Of a stretch of DNA of 37,858 bases, positions 1 to 8,997 are shown piece by piece; within the stretch, counting starts at the first letter, position 1; each line of letters begins with the position of its first letter. The DNA is taken from positions 1 through 37,858 of the forward strand of contig JAFGBE010000130.1 of NCBI GenBank assembly GCA_016933315.1, given 5' to 3'. Origin of the DNA: Candidatus Auribacterota bacterium. GTDB lineage: Bacteria; Auribacterota; UBA6266. Below the pieces are notes generated by a model that worked only from the letters and a program-made list of their open reading frames with translations, did no database searches and had not been told where the DNA came from. The position numbers and the translations under genes were made by a program.

Positions 1-50
1 AAGATGAGAAAAAATTTCAGAAATAGGATTTTGCAAAAAGGAGCAAGAAA

Positions 51-1238
51 ATGGCTGATAAAAAGTTAACGGTTGCTAAAACAGGGAATGAGGCGATGGC
101 TGAGGCGATGCGCCAGATTAATCCTGACGTGGTAGCGGCATATCCCATAACTCCCGCAACTGAAATTGCCCAGATATTTGCCGGATTTGTCGCCGACGGG
201 CTTGTTGATACCGAGTTTGTCACTGTGGAAAGCGAGCATTCGGCGATGAGCGCGACAATAGGAGCCGCCGCCGCGGGCGGCAGATGTATGACCGCTACTT
301 CAAGCCAGGGACTTATGCTTATGGCTGAGATGCTCCCTATTGCGAGCGCGCTGAGGCTTCCGATAGTGATGCCTGAAGTCAACAGGACGATTTCAGGTCC
401 CATAAATATCCATTGCGACCATTCGGATACGATGTTTGTCAGGGATTCGGGCTGGATGCAGGTTTATTGCGAGGATGCCCAGGAAGCGTATGACAGCATA
501 TTGATAGGTGTTAAAATAGCGGAAAAAGTCAGGCTGCCGATGATGGTCTCCACAGATGGTTTTATCATTTCCCACTGCATGGCCAATATAGATCTTATAC
601 CCGATAGCGACGTTAAGGATTACATAGGCAAGTACAACCCGAAAACATGGCTTCTGAATCCCGAGAAAAAGATAACAATCGGATGTCTCGACCTGCAGGA
701 TTATTACTTTGAGCATAAGATGGTCGCAATCGATGCGATGCGCAAGGCGAAAACTGTGATTGAGGAATGCTGCAAAGAATTCGGGGACAGGTTCGGAAGA
801 AAATACGGCTTCTTTGATGCTTACAAAATCGATGATGCTGATGTCGCTATCCTTGCGATGGGTTCGTTAACGGGGACGGCGAGAGTGGCGGTTGATAACA
901 TGAGAAAGAAAGGCAAGAAGGTAGGGCTTATAAAAATGCGTGTTTTCAGGCCTTTCCCTGCCGAGGAGTTGGCGGTAGTCCTTTCCGGGCTTAAGGCTCT
1001 GGCCGTGATGGACCGTTCTGATGCGATGAGCGGGCTTGAAGGGCCCCTCGCCGTTGAAACAAAAGCGGCTCTTTATAATAGCACGGGGAAACCCAAGATA
1101 CATCCTTATGTGTACGGCTTGGGAGGCAGAGACGTGCAGATTAGCGAGGTTGAGGCAATATATGATGATATATATGATTTGGCACAGGGAAAAAAGAAAT
1201 TCGACGAAAATGTCACCTATCTTGGTGTTAGGGAATAG
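51..1238 (+). CDS. porA: 2-oxoacid:ferredoxin oxidoreductase alpha subunit (pyruvate/2-ketoisovalerate type)
   Basis: 395-aa ORF. The N-terminus TGNEAMAEAMRQINPDVVAAYPITPATEI is typical of PFOR-family alpha subunits. AGGAG lies 7 nt upstream of the ATG, and the beta subunit starts 10 nt downstream. Substrate (pyruvate vs branched 2-oxoacid) cannot be decided by eye. Confidence 0.85.
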   Translation: MADKKLTVAKTGNEAMAEAMRQINPDVVAAYPITPATEIAQIFAGFVADGLVDTEFVTVESEHSAMSATIGAAAAGGRCMTATSSQGLMLMAEMLPIASALRLPIVMPEVNRTISGPINIHCDHSDTMFVRDSGWMQVYCEDAQEAYDSILIGVKIAEKVRLPMMVSTDGFIISHCMANIDLIPDSDVKDYIGKYNPKTWLLNPEKKITIGCLDLQDYYFEHKMVAIDAMRKAKTVIEECCKEFGDRFGRKYGFFDAYKIDDADVAILAMGSLTGTARVAVDNMRKKGKKVGLIKMRVFRPFPAEELAVVLSGLKALAVMDRSDAMSGLEGPLAVETKAALYNSTGKPKIHPYVYGLGGRDVQISEVEAIYDDIYDLAQGKKKFDENVTYLGVRE

Positions 1239-1247
1239 GAGAGGAAA

Positions 1248-2180
1248 ATGGCTACTTTAAAGGAATTGGCGAAAAAACCCAAGTTTTTTACGAACGGCCA
1301 CCGCGGTTGCGCGGGATGCGGTGCCGCTATAGTGGCAAGACAGGTAATGATGGCGACGGAAGGAAATGCAGTGGTTGTAAACGCAACAGGATGTCTTGAA
1401 GTCTTCTCCACTATATTTCCCTATACCGCGTGGAATGTCCCTTTTTTACACAGCGCGTTTGAAAATGCCGCCGCGACTGTAAGCGGAGTCGAAGCCTGCT
1501 ATCAATCATTTAAAAAGCAGAAAAAATACGGTAAAGATTTGAAATTCATTGCTTTCGGCGGGGACGGCGGGACATACGATATAGGTCTCCAGTCTCTTTC
1601 CGGGGCAATGGAAAGAGGGCATGATATCCTTTATGTTTGTTATGATAACGGGGCTTATATGAATACGGGTATCCAAAGGTCAAGCGCTACTCCAAAAGGA
1701 GCAAATACGACAACAGCTCCCGCCGGCAAGGTTGAACAGGGCAAATCCCAGAAAAGAAAAGACCTTACCGCGGTGCTTGTCGCGCATCATGTTCCTTACG
1801 TTGCGCAGACAGTTGTCGGCGATTGGGCGGATCTTACGAAAAAAGTTGAGAAAGCCCTTTCGATAACAGGCCCGAAATTCATTAATGTGTTCCAGCCCTG
1901 CCGTCTCGGCTGGGGATATGACCCCAGCAAAACGGTGGAAATAGGAAGGCTCTCGAAGGAAACATGTTTTTGGCCTTCATATGAAGTCGAGAACGGTAAA
2001 TATAAACTGAATTATGACCCTAAGGATAAAAAGAAGCCCGTGGCGGAATTCTTAAAATTACAGACGCGCTTCAGGCATCTTTTCAAAAAAGGCAATGAGC
2101 ATTTACTGGAGGAAATCCAGAAGGATGTTGATGAGGCGTGGCAGAATCTTTTGAAAATATGTAAATGTACAAACGAGTAA
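1248..2180 (+). CDS. porB: 2-oxoacid:ferredoxin oxidoreductase beta subunit (TPP-binding)
   Basis: 310 aa. Contains GHRGCAGCG near the N-terminus and the TPP motif GGDGGTYDIGLQSLSGAMERGHDILYVCYDNGAYMNTG. GGAGAGG RBS precedes the ATG. Confidence 0.88.
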   Translation: MATLKELAKKPKFFTNGHRGCAGCGAAIVARQVMMATEGNAVVVNATGCLEVFSTIFPYTAWNVPFLHSAFENAAATVSGVEACYQSFKKQKKYGKDLKFIAFGGDGGTYDIGLQSLSGAMERGHDILYVCYDNGAYMNTGIQRSSATPKGANTTTAPAGKVEQGKSQKRKDLTAVLVAHHVPYVAQTVVGDWADLTKKVEKALSITGPKFINVFQPCRLGWGYDPSKTVEIGRLSKETCFWPSYEVENGKYKLNYDPKDKKKPVAEFLKLQTRFRHLFKKGNEHLLEEIQKDVDEAWQNLLKICKCTNE

Positions 2181-2226
2181 CTTACAACAGCTGACAGCAG
2201 CTTGTTTTTGCTAATGGAGCCGGTAA

Positions 2227-2481
2227 ATGCGTTTTTCAATAGAGGTCAACCAAAAAGAAGGCCTGGGTTTTGAAGTAAGCTGCCCTGAGCTCGGTATTTC
2301 GGCCCACGGCGGCAGCTTTGAAGAAGCTGTTGATAAGATAAAAAGCCTTATCTCTTTTCTTCTTTTCAATTCTCCCGCAGGCGAAATCAATTTTGAAGAA
2401 ATCGCAAATATATTGGAAGACATTTCGGAATCAGCCACGGAACGGACTTTCTTCCTTCCTAAAAATGACCGTCTGCACTAA
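2227..2481 (+). CDS. HicB-like/UPF0150-fold small protein (orphan antitoxin-like)
   Basis: 84 aa. FSIEVNQKEGLGFEVSCPELGISAHGGSFEEAVDKIKSLISFLL follows the HicB N-domain pattern (xxVxxExDGGYxVxxPDLPGCxSxGxTxEEAxxNIKEAI). No HicA-like partner and no C-terminal DNA-binding domain are seen. Confidence 0.5.
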   Translation: MRFSIEVNQKEGLGFEVSCPELGISAHGGSFEEAVDKIKSLISFLLFNSPAGEINFEEIANILEDISESATERTFFLPKNDRLH

Positions 2482-2487
2482 ATTAAG

Positions 2488-2802
2488 CTATTCCACTATT
2501 TCAACAGTTTCCTGTGTGATTGTGGAAGTCGAATAACGGTCAGTCTGGTAAAGATAACCTCTGTTCGGGTTTACTATAACCCTTCTTGAGGGATATATTA
2601 CAACCGTTTCGCCGGGCCGCTCTATTACTGTCGTGCGCGTCGTGCGCGTTGCTGGTGAGTACTCCGTTGTGACTATTTCTTCGGATTCATAGAAAGGGCC
2701 TCCCGAAGTATAAGTTCTGCGGATAACTCTTTCCTCCGCCGAGCAATCCGTAAAGGCCAGAGCAAGAAGGACGAAACACGCTAATACAGCAATGACTTTC
2801 AT
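2488..2802 (-). CDS. small secreted hypothetical protein (Thr/Arg-rich)
   Basis: 104 aa with an N-terminal signal peptide MKVIAVLACFVLLALAFTDCSA. GGAGG lies 7 nt upstream of the ATG. It starts 13 nt after the ccdA stop, so it is probably co-transcribed with folE-ccdA. Confidence 0.55.
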   Translation of the reverse strand: MKVIAVLACFVLLALAFTDCSAEERVIRRTYTSGGPFYESEEIVTTEYSPATRTTRTTVIERPGETVVIYPSRRVIVNPNRGYLYQTDRYSTSTITQETVEIVE

Positions 2803-2815
2803 GGTTAACCTCCGT

Positions 2816-3541
2816 TTAATAAAAAAGATTTGTTATGAAGGATGTAAACAGTTCAAATTTCCCGCTGATAAACAGGATTCCCGTAAGCAGTATAAATACT
2901 CCGGATGCCGCCTGGATTTTGCCCAGATGTTTTTTCAGGAAAGAGCTGAATTGGAGAAAACTCTGCAGTCCTACCGATACAATCATAAAAGGCAGCCCGA
3001 TTCCCAACGAGAAAATCAGCATCAGAAGGGCAGCCTGATAAACGTTTTTAGTCTGGCTCGCGAATGTTATAACCGTCGCGGCAAGCGGCCCTACGCATGG
3101 CGTCCATCCGGCCGCGAAAACAAGACCTAAAACAAAGGAGCCAAGTAGGCCGAAAGGTTTTTTCCCGAGGTGTATTTTTTTTTCGAAGTTAAGGAAAGGG
3201 ATATTCGCCAGCCCGCTCATGTGGATGCCGAGTGCGATAAGCAGCAGACCTCCTATGATTTCAATGGTTCTTTTAGCTCCGAAAAAGGATTTCCCTATTA
3301 ATGAGGCCGAGGCGCCGAGGCTGATGAACACCAGGGAAAAACCGAGTACGAAGAGCGCGGAGCTGAACACAATGGCCAGAAGGTTTTTTAACCTGTTACC
3401 CGAAGATGACAACTGGTCGATTGAAGTCCCGGTCATGAAAGAGACATAGGACGGTATAAGAGGGAAAATGCAAGGGGAAAGAAAAGACAGGAACCCGTAA
3501 AAAAAAGCCAGAAAGTATGTGACATTTATTTCCTGTTCCAT
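2816..3541 (-). CDS. ccdA: cytochrome c biogenesis / thiol:disulfide electron transfer membrane protein CcdA (DsbD transmembrane-domain family)
   Basis: Polytopic membrane protein with the LSFLSPCIFPLIPSYVSF motif and a second WTPCVGP Cys motif. I moved the start to the internal ATG (MEQEINV...) at 3541, because the longer ORF to 3640 would overlap folE by about 95 nt. Confidence 0.8.
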   Translation of the reverse strand: MEQEINVTYFLAFFYGFLSFLSPCIFPLIPSYVSFMTGTSIDQLSSSGNRLKNLLAIVFSSALFVLGFSLVFISLGASASLIGKSFFGAKRTIEIIGGLLLIALGIHMSGLANIPFLNFEKKIHLGKKPFGLLGSFVLGLVFAAGWTPCVGPLAATVITFASQTKNVYQAALLMLIFSLGIGLPFMIVSVGLQSFLQFSSFLKKHLGKIQAASGVFILLTGILFISGKFELFTSFITNLFY

Positions 3542-3546
3542 ATGGA

Positions 3547-4101
3547 TTAAAAACTCTTTCTTGTGGCCAGCAGGCTGATAAATTCCATTCTTGTTTTGCT
3601 GTTTGACCGGAAGGCGCCGAGCATTGCGCTTGTAGTGCAATACGCATTCTGTTTTTCCACGCCTCTCATTGCCATGCAGAGGTGGAAGGCTTCTATTACT
3701 ACGGCTACTCCGAGAGGTTTTATTACATCCTGGAGAGTTTGCGCAATCTGCGTGGTCAGCCTTTCCTGGACCTGGAGCCTGCGGCTGTAAATTTCAACGA
3801 GCCTCGGTATTTTAGACAGCCCGATGACTTTTTTATCCGGCAGGTATGCGACATGGCATTTGCCGTAGAACGGCAGCAGGTGGTGTTCGCACATGCTGAA
3901 CATTTCTATATCCTTCAGAATGACCATTTCATCATATTTTTCCTCATACATGGCTTCTGAAAGGAGCTTATGAGGGTCTTCCCTGTACCCTTTTGTGAGA
4001 AATAAGAGGGATTCCTTTACCCTTGACGGAGTTTTTACCAACCCCTCTCTTCCGGGGTCTTCGCCGAGCTCTTTTAAAAGTTGTTCTATGATTTTTTCCA
4101 T
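3547..4101 (-). CDS. folE: GTP cyclohydrolase I
   Basis: 184 aa. Conserved FolE core [21 protein letters not shown] and [11 protein letters not shown]. Confidence 0.92.
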   Translation of the reverse strand: MEKIIEQLLKELGEDPGREGLVKTPSRVKESLLFLTKGYREDPHKLLSEAMYEEKYDEMVILKDIEMFSMCEHHLLPFYGKCHVAYLPDKKVIGLSKIPRLVEIYSRRLQVQERLTTQIAQTLQDVIKPLGVAVVIEAFHLCMAMRGVEKQNAYCTTSAMLGAFRSNSKTRMEFISLLATRKSF

Positions 4102-4184
4102 GGTATTTTTTAAAAATTCACAAAAAATAGTTTAATTTGGTAAAAGACATTATACAATAATCAGGTAAAATACATAAGTAAAAT

Positions 4185-5909
4185 ATGGACAAAGACAGGT
4201 TAGCGGAATTATTAGAAGATATCGGCACCCTTCTGGAGCTTAAGGGCGAAAACCCTTTTAAGGTCAGGGCTTATCATAATGCCGCAAGGGCGATAGGACA
4301 GTATCAGGGCCCGCTGGAGAAAGCCGTGAAAGAAGGCGCCCTTTCCGATATACCCGGCATAGGGAAAGGTTTATCTGAGAGAATAGAAGAATTTTCCGGC
4401 ACCGGCCATATAAAATACTATGACGAGCTTAAGAGCGCTATCCCGCCGGGAATGATAGAGATGCTTTCGATAGAGGGGCTTGGGCCCAGGAAAATCCGCG
4501 CGATTCACGAAAAACTCGGGATAGATACCGTGAGGGAGCTGGAAGAAGCCTGCAGGAAGAACAAAATAGCGTCTCTGGACGGATTCGGCAATAAAACGCA
4601 GGAGAACATCCTTAAGGGGATTCAGTATCTGAGCTCTAACCAGAATAAATTCCTGATATCCGACGCGCTGCGGGAAGCGCTCAGGATACTGGGACTTCTG
4701 AAGAAAAAGTGTAAGGGCAATATTAAGAGAATAGAAATAGCTGGAAGCCTGAGGAGGAAGAAAGAATTGATAGGAGATATAGATTTTGTTGCCAGCGCGC
4801 CCGACCCCAAAAAGGTTATGGATGTCTTCGCTTCTCTGGAAGGCGTTAAGGATGTTATAGCTAAAGGCAGCACGAAAACCAGCGTTAAGCTTGACGGGGG
4901 CATAAACGCCGACATAAGGATTGTGTCAGACAGGGAATTCCCGTATGCCCTTCATCATTTTACAGGAAGCAAGGAGCACAATACGGCGATGAGAGCCCTG
5001 GCTAAGACCAAAAGCATGAAAATGAATGAATACGGCCTGTTCAGGAAAGGCAGAAATGTCCCGTGCAGGAACGAGAAGGATATATTTGACGCCCTGGGCC
5101 TGTCTTTTATCCCGCCGGAACTCAGAGAAGACAGGGGTGAGATAGAGGCGGCTTCGAGAGGGGGAATACCCCGTCTTGTTGAGGAAAAAGATATAAAAGG
5201 AGTCCTTCATGTGCATACTTCCTATTCGGACGGGTCGGCTTCTCTTGAGAAGATGGTGGCCGAAACAAAAAAAAGAGGGTATTCCTATGTGGGAATATGC
5301 GATCACTCAGAAAGCGCTTACTATGCAGGCGGATTAGATGAGAGTAAACTCAGAAAACAGTGGGCGGAGATAGACGCGTTGAACGCAGAGGACAGGAGTT
5401 TCAGGATATTCAAAGGAATTGAGGTTGATATTTTTCCCGACGGGAAGATAGATTACGATGAGCGCGTGCTTGAGAAATTTGATTTTGTAATTGCTTCGAT
5501 TCATACAAAGTTTAAGATGACGAAGGAAGATATGACCGAGAGAATAATAAAAGCGGTTAAAAACCCTTATACGACCATGATCGGACATCTGACAGGACGG
5601 CTGCTGCTTACGAGAGAAGGTTATGAAGTCGATATCGAAAGGATAATAGAGGTATGCGCTTCGGAGGGGAAAACCATAGAGCTCAATTCTCATCCCCAGA
5701 GGCTTGACCTGGATTGGAGGTTCTGTAAGCTGGCAAAGGAGCGGGGTGTGCCCATATCAGTTAATCCGGATGCTCACAATGCTGAAGGCCTGGACGATAT
5801 AACTTATGGTATCGGGGCCGCAAGGAAGGGCTGGCTTGAGAAAAAAGATATCCTGAACACTCGGACCGCCGGCGAACTTAAAAAGTTTTTCGATAAGATT
5901 AAGAAATAA
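4185..5909 (+). CDS. polX: family X DNA polymerase with C-terminal PHP phosphoesterase domain (PolX)
   Basis: 574 aa. Has HhH motifs (IPGIGKGLSERI, IEGLGPRKIRAI), the pol-beta nucleotidyltransferase motif GSLRRKKELIGDIDFV, and the PHP start GVLHVHTSYSDG. Confidence 0.9.
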   Translation: MDKDRLAELLEDIGTLLELKGENPFKVRAYHNAARAIGQYQGPLEKAVKEGALSDIPGIGKGLSERIEEFSGTGHIKYYDELKSAIPPGMIEMLSIEGLGPRKIRAIHEKLGIDTVRELEEACRKNKIASLDGFGNKTQENILKGIQYLSSNQNKFLISDALREALRILGLLKKKCKGNIKRIEIAGSLRRKKELIGDIDFVASAPDPKKVMDVFASLEGVKDVIAKGSTKTSVKLDGGINADIRIVSDREFPYALHHFTGSKEHNTAMRALAKTKSMKMNEYGLFRKGRNVPCRNEKDIFDALGLSFIPPELREDRGEIEAASRGGIPRLVEEKDIKGVLHVHTSYSDGSASLEKMVAETKKRGYSYVGICDHSESAYYAGGLDESKLRKQWAEIDALNAEDRSFRIFKGIEVDIFPDGKIDYDERVLEKFDFVIASIHTKFKMTKEDMTERIIKAVKNPYTTMIGHLTGRLLLTREGYEVDIERIIEVCASEGKTIELNSHPQRLDLDWRFCKLAKERGVPISVNPDAHNAEGLDDITYGIGAARKGWLEKKDILNTRTAGELKKFFDKIKK

Positions 5910-5920
5910 CAGTTAAAACA

Positions 5921-6131
5921 GGACGCAGATAAGCGCAGATAGAAAAAGAGTATATTTAAACCACAGATAGTAAAATATAAAAATATATAAATACTAAAAA
6001 AATAATTGGAACCACGGATTTACACACTTGCCCGCCTTAGGCGGGGATAGTAAAAAGAACAAAGAGAGAGTAAAAATTATATAATAAAAATTTAAAAGTT
6101 TTATCTGTGATTATCTGAGATATCTGTGGTT
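5921..6131. repeat. Intergenic inverted-repeat element, family A (CAGATA-unit arrays), expanded copy
   Basis: The left part carries several GCAGATAA, GCAGATAG, CCACAGATAG and CCACGGATTT units. An AT-rich core contains a GC hairpin cccgcc-tta-ggcggg (6031-6045). The right arm is TTATCTGTGATTATCTGAGATATCTGTGGTT (6101-6131). Related copies lie at 17563-17675 and 30003-30074. Confidence 0.8.
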
Positions 6132-6179
6132 AAAAGAGATTTTAAGTTTTTAAAGTTTTTTTTGAATGCGGGGAAATAG

Positions 6180-6821
6180 GTGAAACTGAAAGACAGAGCC
6201 AAAAAAACATACGATTTGCTTTTAAAGGAATATCCGGACGCTAAAACCGCGCTTAACTTCTCTACCCCGCTGCAATTGCTGGTTGCCACTATATTGTCCG
6301 CCCAGTGCACGGATGAGAGAGTTAATATCGTCACTCCCGGCCTGTTTAGGAAGTATGCGGGCCCGGACGCATTTGCAAATGCGGATCAGGCGGCGCTTGA
6401 ACAGGAAATCAGGAGCACTGGTTTTTTCAGGAATAAAGCGAAGAATATTATTGCCTGCTGCAGGGATATTGTTGAGAAGCACGGGGGAAGGGTCCCTTCT
6501 AATATGGAAGCGCTCATCCTGCTGCCCGGCATCGGCCGGAAGACGGCAAATGTGATACTCGGGAACGTTTTCGGTATTCCGGGCATAGTCGTGGACACCC
6601 ATGTCATAAGGTTATCCGGCAGGATCGGCCTCAGCAGGGAAACAGACCCCGTGAAAATCGAGTTTGACCTGATGAAGATTGTCGATAGAAAAAACTGGAC
6701 GATGTTTTCTCACCTGCTTGTTTTTCACGGCAGGAACATCTGCAGGGCGCGCAAGCCCGCCTGCTATAAATGCGGGATTGCGAAAATATGTTCTTATACC
6801 GGAAAAACCGCAAAACCCTAA
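6180..6821 (+). CDS. nth: endonuclease III (DNA-(apurinic/apyrimidinic site) lyase / glycosylase)
   Basis: 213 aa with a GTG start. HhH-GPD motif LPGIGRKTANVILGNVFG followed by VDTHV. C-terminal 4Fe-4S ligand pattern CRARKPACYKCGIAKIC (C-x6-C-x2-C-x5-C). Confidence 0.9.
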   Translation: MKLKDRAKKTYDLLLKEYPDAKTALNFSTPLQLLVATILSAQCTDERVNIVTPGLFRKYAGPDAFANADQAALEQEIRSTGFFRNKAKNIIACCRDIVEKHGGRVPSNMEALILLPGIGRKTANVILGNVFGIPGIVVDTHVIRLSGRIGLSRETDPVKIEFDLMKIVDRKNWTMFSHLLVFHGRNICRARKPACYKCGIAKICSYTGKTAKP

Positions 6822-6837
6822 CTTTCGGAGGAAAGCT

Positions 6838-8028
6838 TTGAAAAAGACTTTTGTGATTTTATCATACTGGGGGCCGCCTTCAAACAGCACGAAAAATATG
6901 AAAAAAGATTACGCGTTCGGTTATTTTACGCCTATCGACGCGGAGGACAGCCTTTCTTTAACGCTTGCCGGGATTGCCGATATTGAACCGGGAGCTTCGG
7001 TTATAGTCGTCGGGGTGTCGAACCACAAGTCTTATGATATAAAGGCCCAGAAAAAAGTGAGGGAGATAACCGATTCGCTTAAAGGCAAAATCGACATAAA
7101 GGTTTTCAGCTACAGGGAAATGACAAGGGTAAGGGACCTGTTGACCATAAACGGGCACGGGGAATTGACAAAGTATGTTGAGCCTGGCAATCCTTCGCAG
7201 GTGAAAAACCTCGGGCTTCTCGCGGCGGGAATCGCCGGCGCCGAAATGATAGTCCTTGTGGACGGGGGTAATATTATTGATTCAAAAAATTCGCTGGATG
7301 CCGCCGGGGAAAGGATCGAAAAGAGGCTTGAGGATGAAAGCATTATCTACGGGGTGCTGGGTTTTACCCGCAGGAAAAGCTCCGGCTGTTTTCCCGACCT
7401 GGAAGGATGTTCCTGGGATGAAGAAAGCGCCGTAAAGGCGCTGTATGAAGAGACGGGAGCCGGGATTATACCCGAAGGGGAAAAACTTGCTCTGGGCGGG
7501 TGTCTCCTCCTGCACAGGAAATTGTTTGAGAAGGTCCCTTTCGACCCGTTTATTGAAAGCAGGGAAGATATAGATTATATGATTTCGGCGAAAATGAACG
7601 GAGCGGGAATCGCGGTGTGCGGCGGTTTTCTGGCGGCGGAAACTGTGAAGTACGATGAATCCGCGGAGTACGACAGATTGAGAAAAGCAGCGGCTTCCTT
7701 TATACATATGAGGAAAAAGATAAGAACACAGAGGGAAAACACAGAAGGCTTTACAAGGGTCTATATTACGTCCCTTCAGCCGTATCCGGGAAGGTTTTTG
7801 GAAAGCGACCTTCTCCCCCGGATAAGGTCCTCGGCGGCATTTTTAAAGTCCGGGAAAATTTCTTCTCATGAAGAAGGCTTCGCCGGCAAAGTTGACGAAG
7901 TCCTCTCAAAAATCGAGGGCGATTACGCGGGAGAGGATGACCGGTTTAAAAAATATGATGATTTTGCCGGAGATTGGAGAAAACTTCTAAACAGGGTTTC
8001 TGATTTTAAGGATAAGGTGTTCGGCTGA
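6838..8028 (+). CDS. GT-A-fold glycosyltransferase-like protein, function unknown
   Basis: The long ORF opens at 6679 inside nth. I prefer the in-frame TTG at 6838 (GGAGG 6 nt upstream, just after the nth stop). The ATG at 6898 is an alternative. GT2-like layout: VIVVGVSN strand, NLGLLAAGIAGAEMIVLVDGGN (DGG where DxD is expected), GGCLLLHRKLFEKVPFDP...REDIDY. Confidence 0.4.
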   Translation: MKKTFVILSYWGPPSNSTKNMKKDYAFGYFTPIDAEDSLSLTLAGIADIEPGASVIVVGVSNHKSYDIKAQKKVREITDSLKGKIDIKVFSYREMTRVRDLLTINGHGELTKYVEPGNPSQVKNLGLLAAGIAGAEMIVLVDGGNIIDSKNSLDAAGERIEKRLEDESIIYGVLGFTRRKSSGCFPDLEGCSWDEESAVKALYEETGAGIIPEGEKLALGGCLLLHRKLFEKVPFDPFIESREDIDYMISAKMNGAGIAVCGGFLAAETVKYDESAEYDRLRKAAASFIHMRKKIRTQRENTEGFTRVYITSLQPYPGRFLESDLLPRIRSSAAFLKSGKISSHEEGFAGKVDEVLSKIEGDYAGEDDRFKKYDDFAGDWRKLLNRVSDFKDKVFG

Positions 8029-8030
8029 TA

Positions 8031-8996
8031 TCACAGCAGCGCTTTAAAGATACTGATGAACAGCGGGAAGCTTATCACCGTGACAATGAGGTTGTAAATC
8101 AGGCACTGGCTCAGGAGTTCGTGGTTTCCCCCGTAGACCCGCGCGATTAAAGGCAGTACGGTCGCGGGCGGCATGGAAGCCTGTATTATAAGCATAAAAC
8201 CTACAGATTCTTCCGGCCTGAGGACAAGGATTAACGCTAAAAATACCGAAGGAACGACAAACAGCTTGAAGACTATGGTTTTTATAATGAACGAGTAATT
8301 GATTTTTGGTTTTTTCCTGAAATAAACGAGGACAAATCCCCCCAGGGATATCATTATCAGGGGCACGGTCGCGTTACCCACCAGTTCAATCGGGTACTGG
8401 ATGAAATAAGGGATAAATTGCTTTAGCCTGAGAAAGACAAAAATTATTGAAAATATTGTGGCCAGAGTAGGCATATTCAATGCCAGTTTGAAAGTGGAAA
8501 TATGTTCTTTTTCGCGGCCGGCCATCAAAAGAGGCGCGAATATATATGTCAAAAGGGCGTTTATCAGGCTGTAGAGAAAAAGGGCCACAAGCATTAATGT
8601 TTCCTGCTCCCCTTCAAAGAACAGGGTTATTATCGGCAATGGGAGAAAAAGAGAATTTTGGATAGAGATAAGGGCTTTGAAAACGCCGCTGTTTTCCTTT
8701 ATTGACTTGTCGGCCAATGTGTAGAGCCAGGCGATTAAAAGAGCTATTAAGAACATTGCAAGGGCCATAACGGGAAATATCCACATTTTAAAAAGATCAG
8801 CCGGCTTCAGGTTTTCGACTATGGTATTGAAAATAAGGCACGGGACAGTGATATTTATTACCAGGTCGCTTAATGTTTTCAGGCAGCACTCGCCGAGTAT
8901 GCCTTTCCTCAATATGTAAAAGCCGAGTATCCCTATAAAAAATATGGAAAGGATGGAAGTGAAACTTTGCTGAAAGGCGGCAATGAAATTATGCAT
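8031..8996 (-). CDS. AEC (auxin efflux carrier) family membrane transporter
   Basis: 321 aa and about 10 hydrophobic segments. The N-terminus ILSIFFIGILGFYILRKGIL...LSDLVINITVPCLIFNTI is typical of the AEC/MdcF family. Confidence 0.65.
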   Translation of the reverse strand: MHNFIAAFQQSFTSILSIFFIGILGFYILRKGILGECCLKTLSDLVINITVPCLIFNTIVENLKPADLFKMWIFPVMALAMFLIALLIAWLYTLADKSIKENSGVFKALISIQNSLFLPLPIITLFFEGEQETLMLVALFLYSLINALLTYIFAPLLMAGREKEHISTFKLALNMPTLATIFSIIFVFLRLKQFIPYFIQYPIELVGNATVPLIMISLGGFVLVYFRKKPKINYSFIIKTIVFKLFVVPSVFLALILVLRPEESVGFMLIIQASMPPATVLPLIARVYGGNHELLSQCLIYNLIVTVISFPLFISIFKALL

Positions 8997-8997
8997 A

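Noticed and set aside
1180-1196. TGGCAC hexamer resembling a sigma54 -24 element
   Set aside because: It is followed by AGGGAAAAAAG with no TTGC at the -12 spacing, and it lies inside the porA coding region.
2631-2648. Tandem 9-nt duplication TCGTGCGCG x2
   Set aside because: It is in-frame inside the small secreted protein gene and simply encodes the TRTTRTT stretch. There is no evidence of any further role.
5921-6131. A cluster of TTATC-containing 9-mers that might be DnaA boxes or a replication origin
   Set aside because: The repeated unit is TTATCTGTG (reverse complement CACAGATAA). The DnaA box TTATCCACA differs in its last four positions. No dnaA or dnaN is adjacent, and the same unit recurs at two other dispersed intergenic sites. 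A dispersed repeat family explains it better.
6679-6837. Long N-terminal extension of the 6679-8028 ORF overlapping nth by 143 nt
   Set aside because: The extension lies in an alternative frame inside the well-supported nth gene. Its translation is Cys/Arg/Pro-rich and unstructured. A GGAGG-TTG start at 6838 sits right after the nth stop.
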